This document shows, piece after piece, positions 50,370 through 63,268 of a stretch of DNA of 64,000 bases. The stretch lies in the NCBI GenBank assembly GCA_047967505.1, contig CM106538.1, one strand, 5' to 3'. Below the pieces are notes generated by a model. That model ran no database searches. It worked only from the letters and a program-made list of their open reading frames with translations, and had not been told where the DNA came from. Position 1 is the stretch's first letter; each line of letters begins with the position of its first letter. The DNA is from Dipteris shenzhenensis (Eukaryota). A program made the position numbers and the translations under genes.

Positions 50370-51299
50370 GTTTTTCATCCACTCTTCTTGAATTCGTCTC
50401 TTCCTCGTTATTTTCATTAGCATCGGTACAACGTTTTCTCAAGTCGCGAACCGGTTGTTGGGTGCACGGTAAAGGGCTCCCGCTTAGCTAGCGGAAATGC
50501 TAGGAATCACTTACATGCAACGTGTCTTGCAAGAAATGAAAGATGGGCAATTATAACGTGCCTCTCCGCTTATTTCTTTCTGAGCTCCGCAAAAGTCAGA
50601 TCGATTTTCTGGGTTGTACTGCTACGGTCGGTAGAAGCTATCCCTTAACCTTCAAGTATATCAAGCTGCTTTCGTCCGATGTTTGATTGCAATACCACAA
50701 ATTGAAACGTCAATCTCAAGGATTGCTGTTTCTCAAACTATGAGAAGAAAGAAGAGCCAGTCGAACACAATTCTGCATCTTATCACGCAAGGAAACTTTG
50801 CCTAGCTGTAAGTATATATTCCCCTTCCCACGACACGTGTACGACACTTACATTCATGCGTCCACAACTACGATAGAATAAATAAGTCATCACGGGCGCA
50901 TCAGCAAATTTCGTACTCTCTAAAATCAGCGAATTGAGGATGGTTCTCTTGTTCTAAGCAAACGATTCTGTAGATTGTCAGGACAAGACGCCACTTCCAA
51001 TGCAGAGACAAATACGCGTCCACAATTAGGCGAGCATGATAAAATAAATAGGTCATCCCAAGTGCATTAGCAAATTTCGTATTCTTTATCGCTTTCTCTT
51101 TCTATTTTTCAGAATTTTACAAGGGTGGAAGTTTGCGTTCCCTTCACTCATTGCAGCTAACTTTCTCTCTAGGCTGCTTACTGTTTTCTGGAATAGTATG
51201 TCTCTCAATCTCACATCGGTACGTTTCATTAGTCTAAGCATTTATTTTACTTGTTTGCAAATCATGGGCCTTGAAACATGGTTACAAATGTTTTTAGTT

Positions 51300-53880
51300 C
51301 CAATATTTAAACCTTAACAAACCTTGGGCTGTTATGCATGGTTGCATGTGGCTAAAGCAGAAGGAGAACGCAAACCATCCTAATATAAAGAAGAATATAT
51401 GGACAGCTGCTACTGGCTCCTCCTCTGTATAGAAAGCCTTTGGAATCCTGATAGTGGCAGAGTAAGAAGGAATATGTGGCTTACAGATAGTAAGAGCCAT
51501 GAGATAGAGACCAGACGAAACCCGAGTGGCAATCAAAACAATACCACCTCTATGCAAAGCCCAATCAGAACAACTGTAAATCCTGGAATGGATGGGCCTC
51601 GAATGTCTGTTATTTGACCAGGACAATAGGAGCAATGGTGGCAAGGCATGAAATGCATCATCAATTCAACAATCTCTGCCTCTAAACTGAAAAATCAAGT
51701 CATCCCAGGAAGCTCTATCAAGAGAGTAAATGCCACATTCCATTCCTCTCTATATCTAAGGTCAAGACCACCATGTTGAAGCCACCTCCAATGATCCAAG
51801 AATCAGCTATAGGGGCCCAAGAGAACAACTCTTTGCAAAATAGAATCCGTTACGCCCTGTTGAAGTATAGATATTAAGGAAACCAATCTTAACCCCATCT
51901 ATCAAACCCAATGTTCTCTAGATGGAACAATAATTCCATGGCGAATTCCATAGAGGGAGGATGGTGGCTGAAAATGAAGTGCGCGTGTCTTCTCTAGGGC
52001 CAAATGCAGTATATCAAGAAGTGCAACTGCCAACTAGAAATGCATGTCCCTTCTCTGGGGCCCATACCAAAAACTGCAAGTGGAAGAAACGTGACTTGAC
52101 TTTTGCAATCCCTACTATCCAGTTTGCGCTCTTGGATACAAAGAATATCAATAGGTCCCCCCAAACCACTTTGAATCTGATCGCATATCATCCGTCTACA
52201 GCGGTGATGTGGTACACCATCTAAACCCTGAACGCTCCAGCTAAAAAGCTTCATCGATGAGATACGGTAGCCTAGAACTGCTTTCTTGACCTAGTGGTGA
52301 ACGCACTCACCCCATGTGACCTGAACTTAAGGCATAAGCAAGAGCCAGAAAATCCATTGAAGATGAGAGATCAATCCAAGGCTGAAGTTGAATGGCTTGT
52401 GGAGAATGTCTATCTGCAAAAGTAGGAGCAAACTCCAAAAGGTCTCTGCAATCAGATAGGACAGTAAAATTATTATGCTGCACAAGCTGAAATGAAGAGG
52501 CATAACATGGGAGGGCTTGACCATCATATAAAGTGGAGTGGAATGCGCTACCCTGGGTACGTCTGAGGGAATGGTCAACAAAGCATCTTCATAAGAGAGA
52601 GAATCTGCTGATGAGCATATGGAGAGAGAGTCTTAGAAAGAGCCGGCTGGTCCTGATCAAGCCACATGAAAGGAAAGGGTCGTATTCCACAGATAAAAAA
52701 TGAGCAAGGAAAACCTAATACAGATGAAGATGAACTTCGTGACAATTCAGGGCAGGATTTTGCATCACCTCTATGCCAAGACACCTTTATGGAAAATGAG
52801 ATCTCTAAAAGAAAAACCCGTCCTTTTTAACATCTATATGAAAAGCAAGTTTAAAAGAACTCAAACACTGGTGGGCTCCATGCTTTGATAATGCCCAGGA
52901 AGTGGAAGCACAAACTCTTCGTAGTTAATGAAGGGTATAAGCACAATGAGAGGGCTCAAAACGGTGATAAGAATTCCCCCCTAAATCAAGTGGTCCCCAA
53001 AAATTGTTTGATAGCAGCTCTGATTGTGTTGTATCCGTTGAACAACACTTAGTGTCACAGCCTCATCAATTTTCAAAAGGATATGATGGAGTGTACAATG
53101 GGGAGTCCAAAAGAAAGCTACCTCTCAATACAGATGCTGAGGTAATAGTTTAAATGGTTCTGACCTGGGGAGAAAGAGTACATGGAGTAGTAGTTACATA
53201 GCCAAAGTAATAAGTCTTTAAGGTTGTGTCCGGTGGACCTAGACAAGCAAATATCAGCAGCCACTGGCACAGCCTCAAAGTTCCTTAACATATGCAAGGG
53301 AGATGGTCCAATTAAAGGTTAGATTTAAAAATAACTTTAATCTTATCCTCCTAACAGAAAAAAGTGTAGACACAAAAAGTGTAAGAACAACCACCACTAG
53401 ACTAGTAAGTTACTATTCTGCAGTATGCAGGAGGCGCCTGAAGCTTTGAGTCTGGTGTTGGTGCCTGCCATCTTGGACTACTGGGAGGAGCATGGGCAAT
53501 AGTAGCATCTTGTTGAAACGAAAAATCATGCCTTCTTTGCCTTTTGGGGCATTTTCTTTCCTTGGGTAACCCCTAGCAAAATGCCCAAAGAATCTCCAAA
53601 TATGACACTGGTCCTAGCACCCCACAATATTATCCTCTGACTGAAAGGGAACCATCTTCATTCTGAAGGATGATAGGCGTGCTACGAGGGGGCAGGCAGC
53701 GTGCAGGTAAGGGGGGTCAGGATGAGGAAGAGGAGCAATAGGCAACAGGCTGAGGAAGAGGAGCAATAGGCAACAGGCTGAGGAAGAGGACAACATGGGG
53801 GGCTGAGGATAAGAGGGGGCAGACTGAGGAGGAGCAACAGGCAACAGGGAGGGAGAGCAGCCATTTTTGGCTCCCAGTCT
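51300..53880 (-). mobile_element. Older L1-type LINE, 5' half only (C-rich UTR, ORF1, endonuclease)
   Basis: 'MKLFSWSVQGL..IDILCIQERKLDSRDC' (start 52254) and 'PIHSRI..DWALHRGG..TIRIPKAFY' are homologous to 56378-57200. No RT domain. Confidence 0.85.
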
Positions 53881-53954
53881 TTGAAGCTTCTGTGGTCATG
53901 AATCATTCACAACATGCCTTTTGAATCTTCTGTGGTCATGAATCATTCACAACA
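53880..53954. repeat. 40-bp-period tandem duplication
   Basis: TTTGAA(G/T)CTTCTGTGGTCATGAATCATTCACAACA occurs twice. Confidence 0.9.
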
Positions 53955-54835
53955 CTTTGTCATGTTTGCAATTCTTTGGTCGCTCAGTGACTTCTCTATG
54001 GGTCAGTTTTTGCTTTGGCTTATGGTCCTTCCAGCTGATCTTCAATTGTTGTCTTCCTAGTTTTCGGCAGCTTTCTAGCTGATCTTTTATTTTGGTCTTC
54101 TCGATTTTGGCAGCATTTTGTTTTTTTTGCTGTTCGCTGTTTCGCTGTAATGTTGATAGTGCTTCTTTTGTGTAGATTCCAAAGCATGCATATGGGCTAG
54201 ATTCTTTGCCAATCTTCATATCAGTCAAAGATCTAGGTGAATAGAGATCTTCCCTCACCTTCAATTGATCTTCATTAGAATTTATTGGTGTATTTGCGCA
54301 AGAAAAGATATGTGCCAGAACAATACTTGACAGGCTGCTGCTCCTCCCGGCTCCCTTGCTGCACCCTCTCCCTCAGCCCATCCCTCCCTCTCTCCCTTTC
54401 CCTCAGCCCCTCCCTCTCCCTCAGCCCCTCCCTCCCTTCTCCTCCTCCCCTTCCAGCCCGCCCCCTTCCAGCCCGCTCCCTCTCCTCCCCCTCTCAGCCT
54501 GCTCCTCCGCCCCCTCCCTGCCTCTCCGCCCCCTCCCTGCCTCTCAGCCTGCCCCCTCCTCTCCCTCTCCTCCCCCTTCCCTTCTGCCCCCGCTCCCTCT
54601 CCTCCCCCTCCCTGCCTGCTCCTCCGCCCCCTCCCTGCCTCTCAGCCCGCCCCTTCCTCTCCCTCTCCTCTCCCTCTCACTCAGCCTCTCCCCTTTATTC
54701 CTCCCCTCCTCGCCCCTTCCCCCGCTCCCTCCTCACCTCCTTTCCCTGTTTTCTACCCCCCTTTCTCCCGCAGCATTTTTTGGAGCGGAAGGAGCCTCCA
54801 AATTGTCAGAGTCGGCCTCCTCACCTCGATTGGCG

Positions 54836-56381
54836 ATGGATACTCCGTCAGCCAATCCTACTCCACCTCCATCGGCCGCGAAAACTATTACCTTTTCTAA
54901 AGACGAGTTGTAGCAGCTCAAGAAGGATGTAGAGATTGAATGCTCTACCACGTTGCTAGCATGCATCTTCGGGTCTCACCCCTCTAGATCCCAAGCCAGA
55001 GACTGGATGCTTGCGGCTCTCCCCCCAGACCTCACTCCATGATTGTTAGATGTTCGTCTTCTGGGACGAGGTTTTTTCCAGGTTGTTTTTGACACTCCAG
55101 AGGCTGCGAGCACTGTGCTCAAAGCTGAGTTTTTACACCTGGGACACAGGAAGATCTTCTTTGAAGCCTTTCATATTGGTTTCGACCCAGTGGAGACAGA
55201 TAAGGAAATCTTTTCGCTCATCATCAGATTCCCCGGGCTTCCCCAGGTTTACCATCGACTTCTTTCTGTTATTGGGGAGCATTTTGGCGCAATTGCTGAG
55301 ATCCCACCCCTCCCTGGGTTGCCATTGACTGCAGCAGAGGCAACCAAGGCTGATGGGGTACCTAGAGTTAGGGTCCTCTGTAAGGATCCTAACCTCAAGA
55401 TGGATCATGTTATGATCCAGCTCCCGGATGGTTCCTTTTTTCGCCAGAGCGTAGAGATTTCAGGCAGACAGGACCAGTGCAAGATATGCAGGACCATTTG
55501 CCAGGGATTGCCCCAGGAAGAAGAAAAGGCCCAAGAAGCCCTCTGGTACAGCTACCGCCGCATGGCCTCGACAAGGGGGACAGGTGGGTGGTATAGGTCC
55601 AGCACTTGCTCCTCGGCCTCGACAGAGGGGTGGTACAGGTCCAACACCTGCTCCTCGACCTTCGCATGGCGGTCCTCCTCAGGATGGTGGTGGTACAGGT
55701 CCAGCACCTGCTCCTCGGCCTCGACAGGGGGGTGGTACAGGTCCATCACCTGCTTCTCGACCCCCACCTACCTCAGGGGCACGCGACGCTCTCCAGTGGG
55801 TTTCGGCACGTGTGCAGATCCCTCCTTCAGTTCACAAGGGTACATTAGTGGACTCTGCTTCACCTGGAGCTGTCCCTCCAGTCTCACCTCGCACAGTCTG
55901 AGACACTGAAGCTTCGACCTCCTCCTTGGTTGCAGCTTCTTCCCTAGATCCAGTGGTGCCAGACGCTCTTCTTGAGGCAGTAGAGGTCTCCGCGGCTGGG
56001 CAGACACAGGATAGAGAGCAGTCCTCACTTCCTTCCTTGGATAGGGGGAAGGGGATGGTTTACACTATTGATCCTCTTCCCTCAGAAGGGATCCTTCGCA
56101 CTCCGGTGTCTGGCTTGCTTCACAGGAACTCGTTTTTAGCCCTGGCAGATGGTTTAGATTTCCCAGAGGAGTCGTCTGTGCCCGCTACTTTTGGGGAGAC
56201 TGTGATTGGGTTTCCTGTTGACAGGGCTTCTTCTTCAGGTGGCAGGGTTCTTTCCCCTGTTGATTTTCCGCCACTTGGTTCCATTCCTCCCTCCTCGAGC
56301 AGGAGGTCTTCCCCTGTTGAGGGGTTTGTTTCCGCCACTAGGTCGGGTAAGGTGTTCCACTCTACATCCTCCCGTCGATGA
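54836..56381 (+). pseudogene. LINE ORF1 (DUF4283-type) with Gly/Pro repeats
   Basis: 'DVRLLGRGFFQVVF..FHIGFDP', 'CKIC', repeated GGGTGPxPAPRP (~55580-55760); stops at 54911 and ~55040; frameshifts. Confidence 0.85.
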
Positions 56382-59300
56382 GGATTATTAGTTGGAACAT
56401 ACAGGGCCTAGGTGGCGTCCCACATCGCCACCGTAGACAGCTGATACGGGATCAGCTTCATCCAGGTATTACTAGGGGTTCCATTGATATCTTATTTATT
56501 TAAGAACACAAACTGGATTCTAGAGATTGTGCCAAGTCAGACAAGTTGCTTTCTGGCCATACTTTTTGGTCGCCTGCCTTGGGCACCAAGGGGGGCACTT
56601 CTATTTCAGTTTCGCAGTCGGTTCTCCCCTTAGTTGTTGGACACTGAGTCATTATTCCCTCTAGAGCTCAGTGAATTATTCTTTTGATTGGAGGGCGTAA
56701 GGTTGGTTTCCTTAACCTGTATGCCTCCAACATTAGAGGGGAACGTGTCCTTATGTGGAAGAATTTGCTCTCCTTGGCCCCCATTGTGGATTCATGGGTG
56801 ATTGGAGGTGACTTTAACATGGTTGAGTTACCGTCAGACAAAAAAGGGGGTAGAGAAGACGGACTTCACTCCTTGGAGAGAGCAGCTTGGGATGCCTTTC
56901 TTTTTCACTTCTGTGGCAGAGATACTTGGTGGGATGATGCCTTTCTTATTCAGCCACAGTCCCTCCTGTTCTCTTGGTCGAACAGGAGGCAGCAGATGCC
57001 TATTCATGCACGCATTGACAGATTCTATGTAGATGATTGGGCACTAGACAGAGGTGGGTTGGTATGCATTGCTGCTGGGGTTTCCACTTCATACCACTTT
57101 CCTGTTGTGCTGGCTATCTCAGAGTCTCACCTGAGAGGCCGGTCTACCAGCATCAGGATTCCAGATGCCTTTTACATAGAGGAGGACCTTACAGAGGCAG
57201 ATTTGGGTTTCTCATGTCCAGGGTGGGCAGCCATATCCATCACATGTAGCCGCTGCCCTTTCTGTTGCTTGTACCAGGAGACGAGATATTCTCAGACGTG
57301 AGATTGGTGTTCGCCAGCAGTTGGCATCTTTGCAGAGGGAAGAGCAGAAACGGCCTTCAAATGCTTGGATTCAGGAGCGCCTTGCTGCAGCAAGGGCTCA
57401 TCAGAAGTTATTGCTTGATCAAAGAGCAGAGTATGCCTTTCATGCACGGGAGTCCTTCTGGATTCAGATGGGTGGTAGAGTCAATAAACACTTTTTCTCT
57501 ACTCTTGGCCCTAGACATAGTAGAGAGAGTTTATCCCAGCTTATTGACTCACATGGGGTTTAACAGACAGAGCCTGATGATGTCTTACGCATAGCTTATT
57601 TCTATGCCACCCTTCTTACTGCTAATCCTGAGACACATGATAGAGAGGATGCTAGACAGGCTATTTGGCAGAGCATCCCTGTGTTGGTGAATCCGAGTAT
57701 GCATGTTCTACTCGATGCCCTTTCACCAACACAAAGTTCAGGACTGCACTTTCAGCCCTTCACAAGGGCAAGTGCCGAGGTTCGGATGGCCTCACCCCCT
57801 CTTTTTTCATTGCATTTTGGGATATGATTGGAGACTTTATTACTTCAGCCCTGCAGGCCATTTGGGACTCTGGCGAGATGCCTGGGTCACTTACAGAGGG
57901 TCTCATCCACCTTATCCCAAAAGGAGGTTGCAGAAATTTAGTGTCCCAGTGGAGGCCTATCACACTTCTAGGGACTTGTTACAAGATTCTGGCCAAGGCT
58001 ATCAGCCTCCGATTGCAGCCCCTTCTCCCTGATCTTATTCATGACACTCAGATGGGATTTGTGCATGGCAGAAGCATTTTTTATAACATTTTCTCTTTCT
58101 GGGAAGCTTTAGAGTGGGCCATGCAGAGTGGCCAGAATCTTGCCATTCTACTTTTGGATTTTGAGAAAGCTTATGACAGAGTAGATTGGGGTTTTTTTGG
58201 AGGGCACCCTTCTACGCTTTGGCTTTACTGATGCTTGGATCAGAGGTGTTTCCTCTTTGTACAGATCAGCCCACAACGAGGTACTTATTGGTGGGGTAAG
58301 GGGTGAGAGATTTTTGAGATCAGTCCGTCAGGGATGCCCCCTTGCTCCTTTCCTTTTTTTGTTCATGGCCGAAGCTATGAGTATCTATGTTAGATCTCAA
58401 GCTGACATCTTTGGGCTGAGACTTCCCATCAGAAGGGAAGAGGAGCTACTTGACAGTGAGTTGGCAGATGACACAGCAGTTTACTTGGATGCCACTCCAT
58501 AGATGCTCACTTCCTTCAGGACAGCGTTGGATTTATTTTGCTTGGCGGCAGGGGCGCAGATAAATTGGCATAAATCCAATGGCTTTTGGATGAGTGATGA
58601 GGACACTCCAGTTTGGGGGCTTGACATAGGATTCACTTGGGTTCAGAGGGGTGAGCCTATCAGGTATTTGGGCTGCCAGGTCGGCTTGGATATATCTACC
58701 ACGCAGCAGTTTACTCTCGTTTTGGAGAGCATCAGGAGGAAGCTTCTTTTTTGGAGCTTAGCCAAGCTGGATCTTGCCTCTAGAGTGGTGGTGGTCAACC
58801 AGGTCCTCTTGGCCACGGCCTGGTTTGTTTGTTCATGCTGGTGCCGTTCTAGGGACTGCATCATTCAGCTCAGAAGACCGATCAGAAACTCTCTGGAGTG
58901 GGCTTGATGGCACAGCAGATGCCTTAGCCAGGGTGGCTAAGGAGACCCTCATCCTCCCTACACAGGAAGGGGGTCTCAATATTATTGATCCAAATTTACA
59001 GTGCAGAGCTTTACTTTGCAAGATGGTGGTGCGGGAACTTATGCCAGGGCAGGAACCGTGGAAGGACTTTCTTATTAGCAGCATACAGAGGTGCACACCT
59101 TCTTCAGGAGGAAACTGGATGAGCAGTGTTAGGTGGATCTTCACCACAGCACACCTCAGATCACCTTCGTCCCCTCTCATGGTTGCCATTCTGAAAGCTT
59201 GGGCTAGTTTCAGAAGCACTCTTCGGAGGATTCCTCCCTCCTCTCGGGAAGAGATTGATAGGCAATCCATCATGTGGAATGACAGTATTTTAGATGATCA

Positions 59301-60681
59301 TGGCAGACCACTGGGTGCCTCACTCTACATGCAGTGGTCCAGGTGGGAGAGGAGACCTGCATCATCTATGGGGTCTTGGAAAGCTTTCCGCAGGCTTCCA
59401 GAGGAGACCAAATCAAGGTTGACAGGACATCTCAGAGGGAGTGCAGCGAGGATCTTGCAGACTGAGGCAGCCCTTCCAGAGGTTTGGGTAGACACAGATG
59501 ATATGCCACTCACTTCCTCCACTTGGGCAGGTACTTTTACGAGAGGCAATGTTCCGCTTCAGGTTTTGGCCTTTCGAGATGCACAGGAGGATGCTTAAGT
59601 TTTTAGTGTCCAGGATGGTGGCAGATTGCTCAGGTCCACAGAGGACATCTTGCTTGAGTCTGCTTTTCAGCCTATCAGGGTTGTAGGTCTTTTGGTGCAG
59701 GGATCAGATTCAGAGTGGTTCCTAGACCCAGACCCCCGGCTACTCTCCACTGGGTCTTGGAGGCTCTGGCTCTATGGGGGAGTTCCCATCAGGTATTTGC
59801 AGTGGGACCCTAGAGAGTGGGAGTGGATTGACGCAGGGCATCGAGAGAAGAGCATCCCCCTCTTTTGTCACACGGTCAGTAATGCCAGGAGATATCAGCT
59901 CAGTAGTAGAGGTTGGAGACCTTCCAGAGTTCCTCATTGGGAGACATTTGATATCACTGCGGATCTGCAGAGGTGCTTCTGGAGGAGACTTTGGAAATCC
60001 CACAAGAATAGAAAGATCACTATCTTCTTTTGGCTTTCTATCCATGGTGAGATTGCAGTGAAACTTTGGAGGTCCAGGTTCGGAGCCGACCCTACTTGCC
60101 CTCGATGCCTCTCTGCTTCGGAGACTATTCAGCATTGCTTATGGGATTGCAGACAGGCGAGGATGATTTGGATGGGGGTAGCCAGGATTTTCAGTCACTT
60201 TGCCCACTCCCCATTTTTTATGACATGGGGCTCAGTGGCTTGGCTTTCTCTTACAGGGCCTCAGGTATTCTATGAGAGATCTGACTCCTCTCGGGCCATT
60301 TCGGTTCGACGTCATCGAACTGAGTCCTATTCGTTGGATGTGGTACCACACCTTCCTTTTACAGCTATACATGCCTCTGTGGATACTTCTTGGGAGATTC
60401 TAGCGAGCATAGCATCCTGGCATATCTGGAGAGCCAGATGACAGAGGCTTTGGAGGTTACTCAGGTTCATCCCTCGCACACATTGGCTAGTATCTGGATA
60501 GACACCGTACATACTTTGATGGCCGTATGGACGGGTATGTAGGGAGACTCCCATGTGCAGCCTCAGCTAGGAGGGCTTCTTTCTTCAGGGAATGGAAGGA
60601 TTCTCCTTTCTTCTCTGAGACTACTACAGGGTTGAGGTGGCACTTTCAGCCTCAGCCTTGGTTGTTTTCCACCTCACTCTG
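56378..60681 (+). pseudogene. LINE ORF2 (APE endonuclease, RT, zf-RVT)
   Basis: 'MRIISWNIQGL', 'NLYASN', 'GGDFN', 'RIDRFY', 'WRPITLL', 'LDFEKAYDRV', 'RQGCPLAP', 'LADDT', 'YLG', 'CPRC..ETIQHCLWDC'; several stops and frameshifts. Confidence 0.95.
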
Positions 60682-63210
60682 AGAGGGTTTTTTATTTATC
60701 CTCATGATTTCATGATGTATTCCGCTTTGAGCTTGCTCTCGCGGGTTTTCTCTCTTACTTAATAGAAGTCTCTTTCATGAAAAAAAAAAAAAAGAAAAGA
60801 TATGTGCAGTAGATGATGTTTCTGGATGTTGGGAAAATCTTACATGTCTCTTACAACTCCATCTCATACGTGAGTAATGGAAGATTACAGGTCTCTCTAC
60901 TTAACCTACCTATCTCCCATTGCAAGATCACCAAATGGAAACAGGAAAAACATTGTCCACGGACCAGGTTGCCATGGTAGGAAAAGAGAAAACCCAAAGG
61001 GAAAAAACATTAAGGGTAGAGAGAGAGAGAGCTGCCATAATTACTCGTTTCTTCCCAAAAAAATGGAGAGGCATACAAAGAAAAAGATCCATTTAAAATG
61101 GTAGTCATGTCCCCATATAGTTTCCTTTCTTCACTGTTCCCAAGAAACCTTTTATTTGAAGAGCATGCCGCTCTATTGTAAATGACTAGTTACGGAATAT
61201 GATTCATCTCTTTTAGCTCAGTTGTATCAGATGCTAAGTTAACTCCGTGTTGAAATGAGCAGTGTTCTTTTCTAAAGCTCTTATGCTATTCTGCCTGTTG
61301 ATATTACTTCCGCTTGTCTCTTTCAGCATTCCAACATCATTATCTGCAAGTTTATGTTCCAACTCATGTCTATTCTAGACAAGCGCCTCAATATACTTAG
61401 TTAATGTAAGAAAACCGCATTAACAAGCAAGGTACCCAGAGACTTTTTGAGAGGATATAGGGTACTCCTAAGTAAATTTGATGGAAACTTTAAGATTTTC
61501 CTCTAAGGGTTATGGTTGATTGTTGGAATTGAAAATTTCATGTGTCATGATGACCTTGCAAGCCCACATGTGTCCCCTTGTATCATGTTTGAGGATGGAC
61601 TTTCGGGGACTTTGGGGTTCGTCTACTTCTTTATGAAATTGTTCCTATTTCAAGGCCATGAGGACAAAGTTAGAAGCTTTATAAAATGAAAAGCTCTTAA
61701 ACTACGGCAAAAATGCAAAAGAAGACATAGAAAGGGATTACAAGCCCATGGTAATATGGGAATGCTATGTCCATAGTAAAAATTGTCAGGCCTATGGTAA
61801 GAGGTGCTAGGGCAAGTGCAAGTCAAGAAGAAGCTATGGCCAATAATTTCAAGGCCTTGGCAAGGGAAGGAGAGCCATGGCCAGGAGTTACACAGCGATA
61901 AACAAGGAAAAGAGGAGACTTGCTGAGGATTGCCAGCATGCACCATAGTAAGGAAGGCAAGGAGGATTGATCACTAGGAATACTAGTACTTATTAACATT
62001 TCTTTTAGGAAGTGCAGGCCCATAGTATGGAGTGCTAGTGCCATGGCAAGGCAAGAAGCAGCCATGACCCCATGAGTGCAGGGTAGCAGCAAGCAACTAT
62101 AAGGGCTACCAGATCTATGATAAGGTAAAGCCAAGGTAAGATATTTCAGTTGAAACCTGACAAGGTCATAATTACAACAGTATAGATCCATGGCAACTGA
62201 GACTAAGCCTAAAGAATCTAGGAACATTTAAGTAGATATGAAGCATGGATCAAAGTTTGGTACTTTCAAAGGAGTAAAGACAAAGTGTTGTAACTTTTGA
62301 CCACGGAAAAGATGCCACAGACTGATAGGGAATGACTGCCTGAAGGACTAACAAGCAGAGACCTCGTACTATAGAGAAAACAGAGAATCTTAGTATAGTG
62401 GGTGACCCCGCTAGGAGAAGTGGCCATCATAACTAGGCCACTACTGTGGAATAATGTGGAAGAGAGGTTCATGTGTGTATCCAAGGCACAGGAGGCCTCC
62501 TCCTAAGAAAGAGAAATAAGGAGCACAATACCTCCCCTTTCATTTCTATTTTTAATGACAGCATGGCCATACACCCTTGAAACGCATGAAACCACCATTG
62601 TGAGAGAGGGAAAGAACTATTTGTTATGTACAATGCTCTAGAGACGAATTTTTGGCCAGGTTCCTGTCCATGGAACAAACTCATATTTTCTTATCGCTTA
62701 TTCTTCTCTCGTGTACCATAAAACAATAGCCTCTGTTCTATTTTTACCTTGTCCTCTTCTCATTCAAAACTCTTTTTTGCATACACAAGTCAATTTCTAA
62801 CCACATAAGTAATCCTGTTCCTTCGTGTTCAAAGTTCTGCATTCTTTTGCACCCATTGAGCATTTCTCACCTGGGTGGGCATGGTGGTAATCTTCCAATA
62901 TTACTACTGTAAACTCCCGACAATAGCAGTCCTAGAGTGCCTTCTTACAAAGAATTAGATTTAAGTAAAGGAAGGGAGGTGAGGTGGGAGGGGGAAGGAA
63001 CATGTGTACTATGAATGTTGCATATAAGGAAGCTCCAAAGTGTGCCCATGGGAAAGTTCTTCCATCCATCAGACAACTACCCCTAAATTAACAGAGGCAT
63101 GGAATAGGCATGAAGCAGGATGGTACTGCCCTTCTCTGTCCTCTTGACTTTTTGTCAGGTAATCAGAGCAAAAGAGGCCAGCACGTGCAAAACAAAACAG
63201 TATCCTGTGT

Positions 63211-63223
63211 TGCTGCTGCTGCT

Positions 63224-63264
<41 letters not shown>
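63211..63264. repeat. (TGC)5-(CT)n compound microsatellite
   Basis: Direct reading. Confidence 0.95.

Positions 63265-63268
<4 letters not shown>

Larger units (their letters stand above)
54316..60791 (+). mobile_element. Full-length L1-clade LINE (~6.5 kb), inactivated
   Basis: 16-bp TSD AAGAAAAGATATGTGC (54300-54315 and 60792-60807), polyA from 60780, C-rich 5' UTR, ORF1 and ORF2. Confidence 0.95.

Noticed and set aside
50068-50391. 107-aa ORF as a complete gene
   Set aside because: Only 50263-50369 has BOR similarity; the rest is upstream sequence and intron read-through.
51090-51180. Acceptor TTTTTCAG|AATTTTA giving R-I-L as BOR exon 2
   Set aside because: Continues QGWKFAF instead of the conserved APTTYIFF; could only be a cryptic acceptor.
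54285-54932. Pro-rich extensin/formin-like ORFs
   Set aside because: Translation of the C-rich LINE 5' UTR.
61521-62542. Possible solo LTR starting TGTTGGA
   Set aside because: No CA end with a matching 5-bp TSD, PBS or PPT could be fixed.
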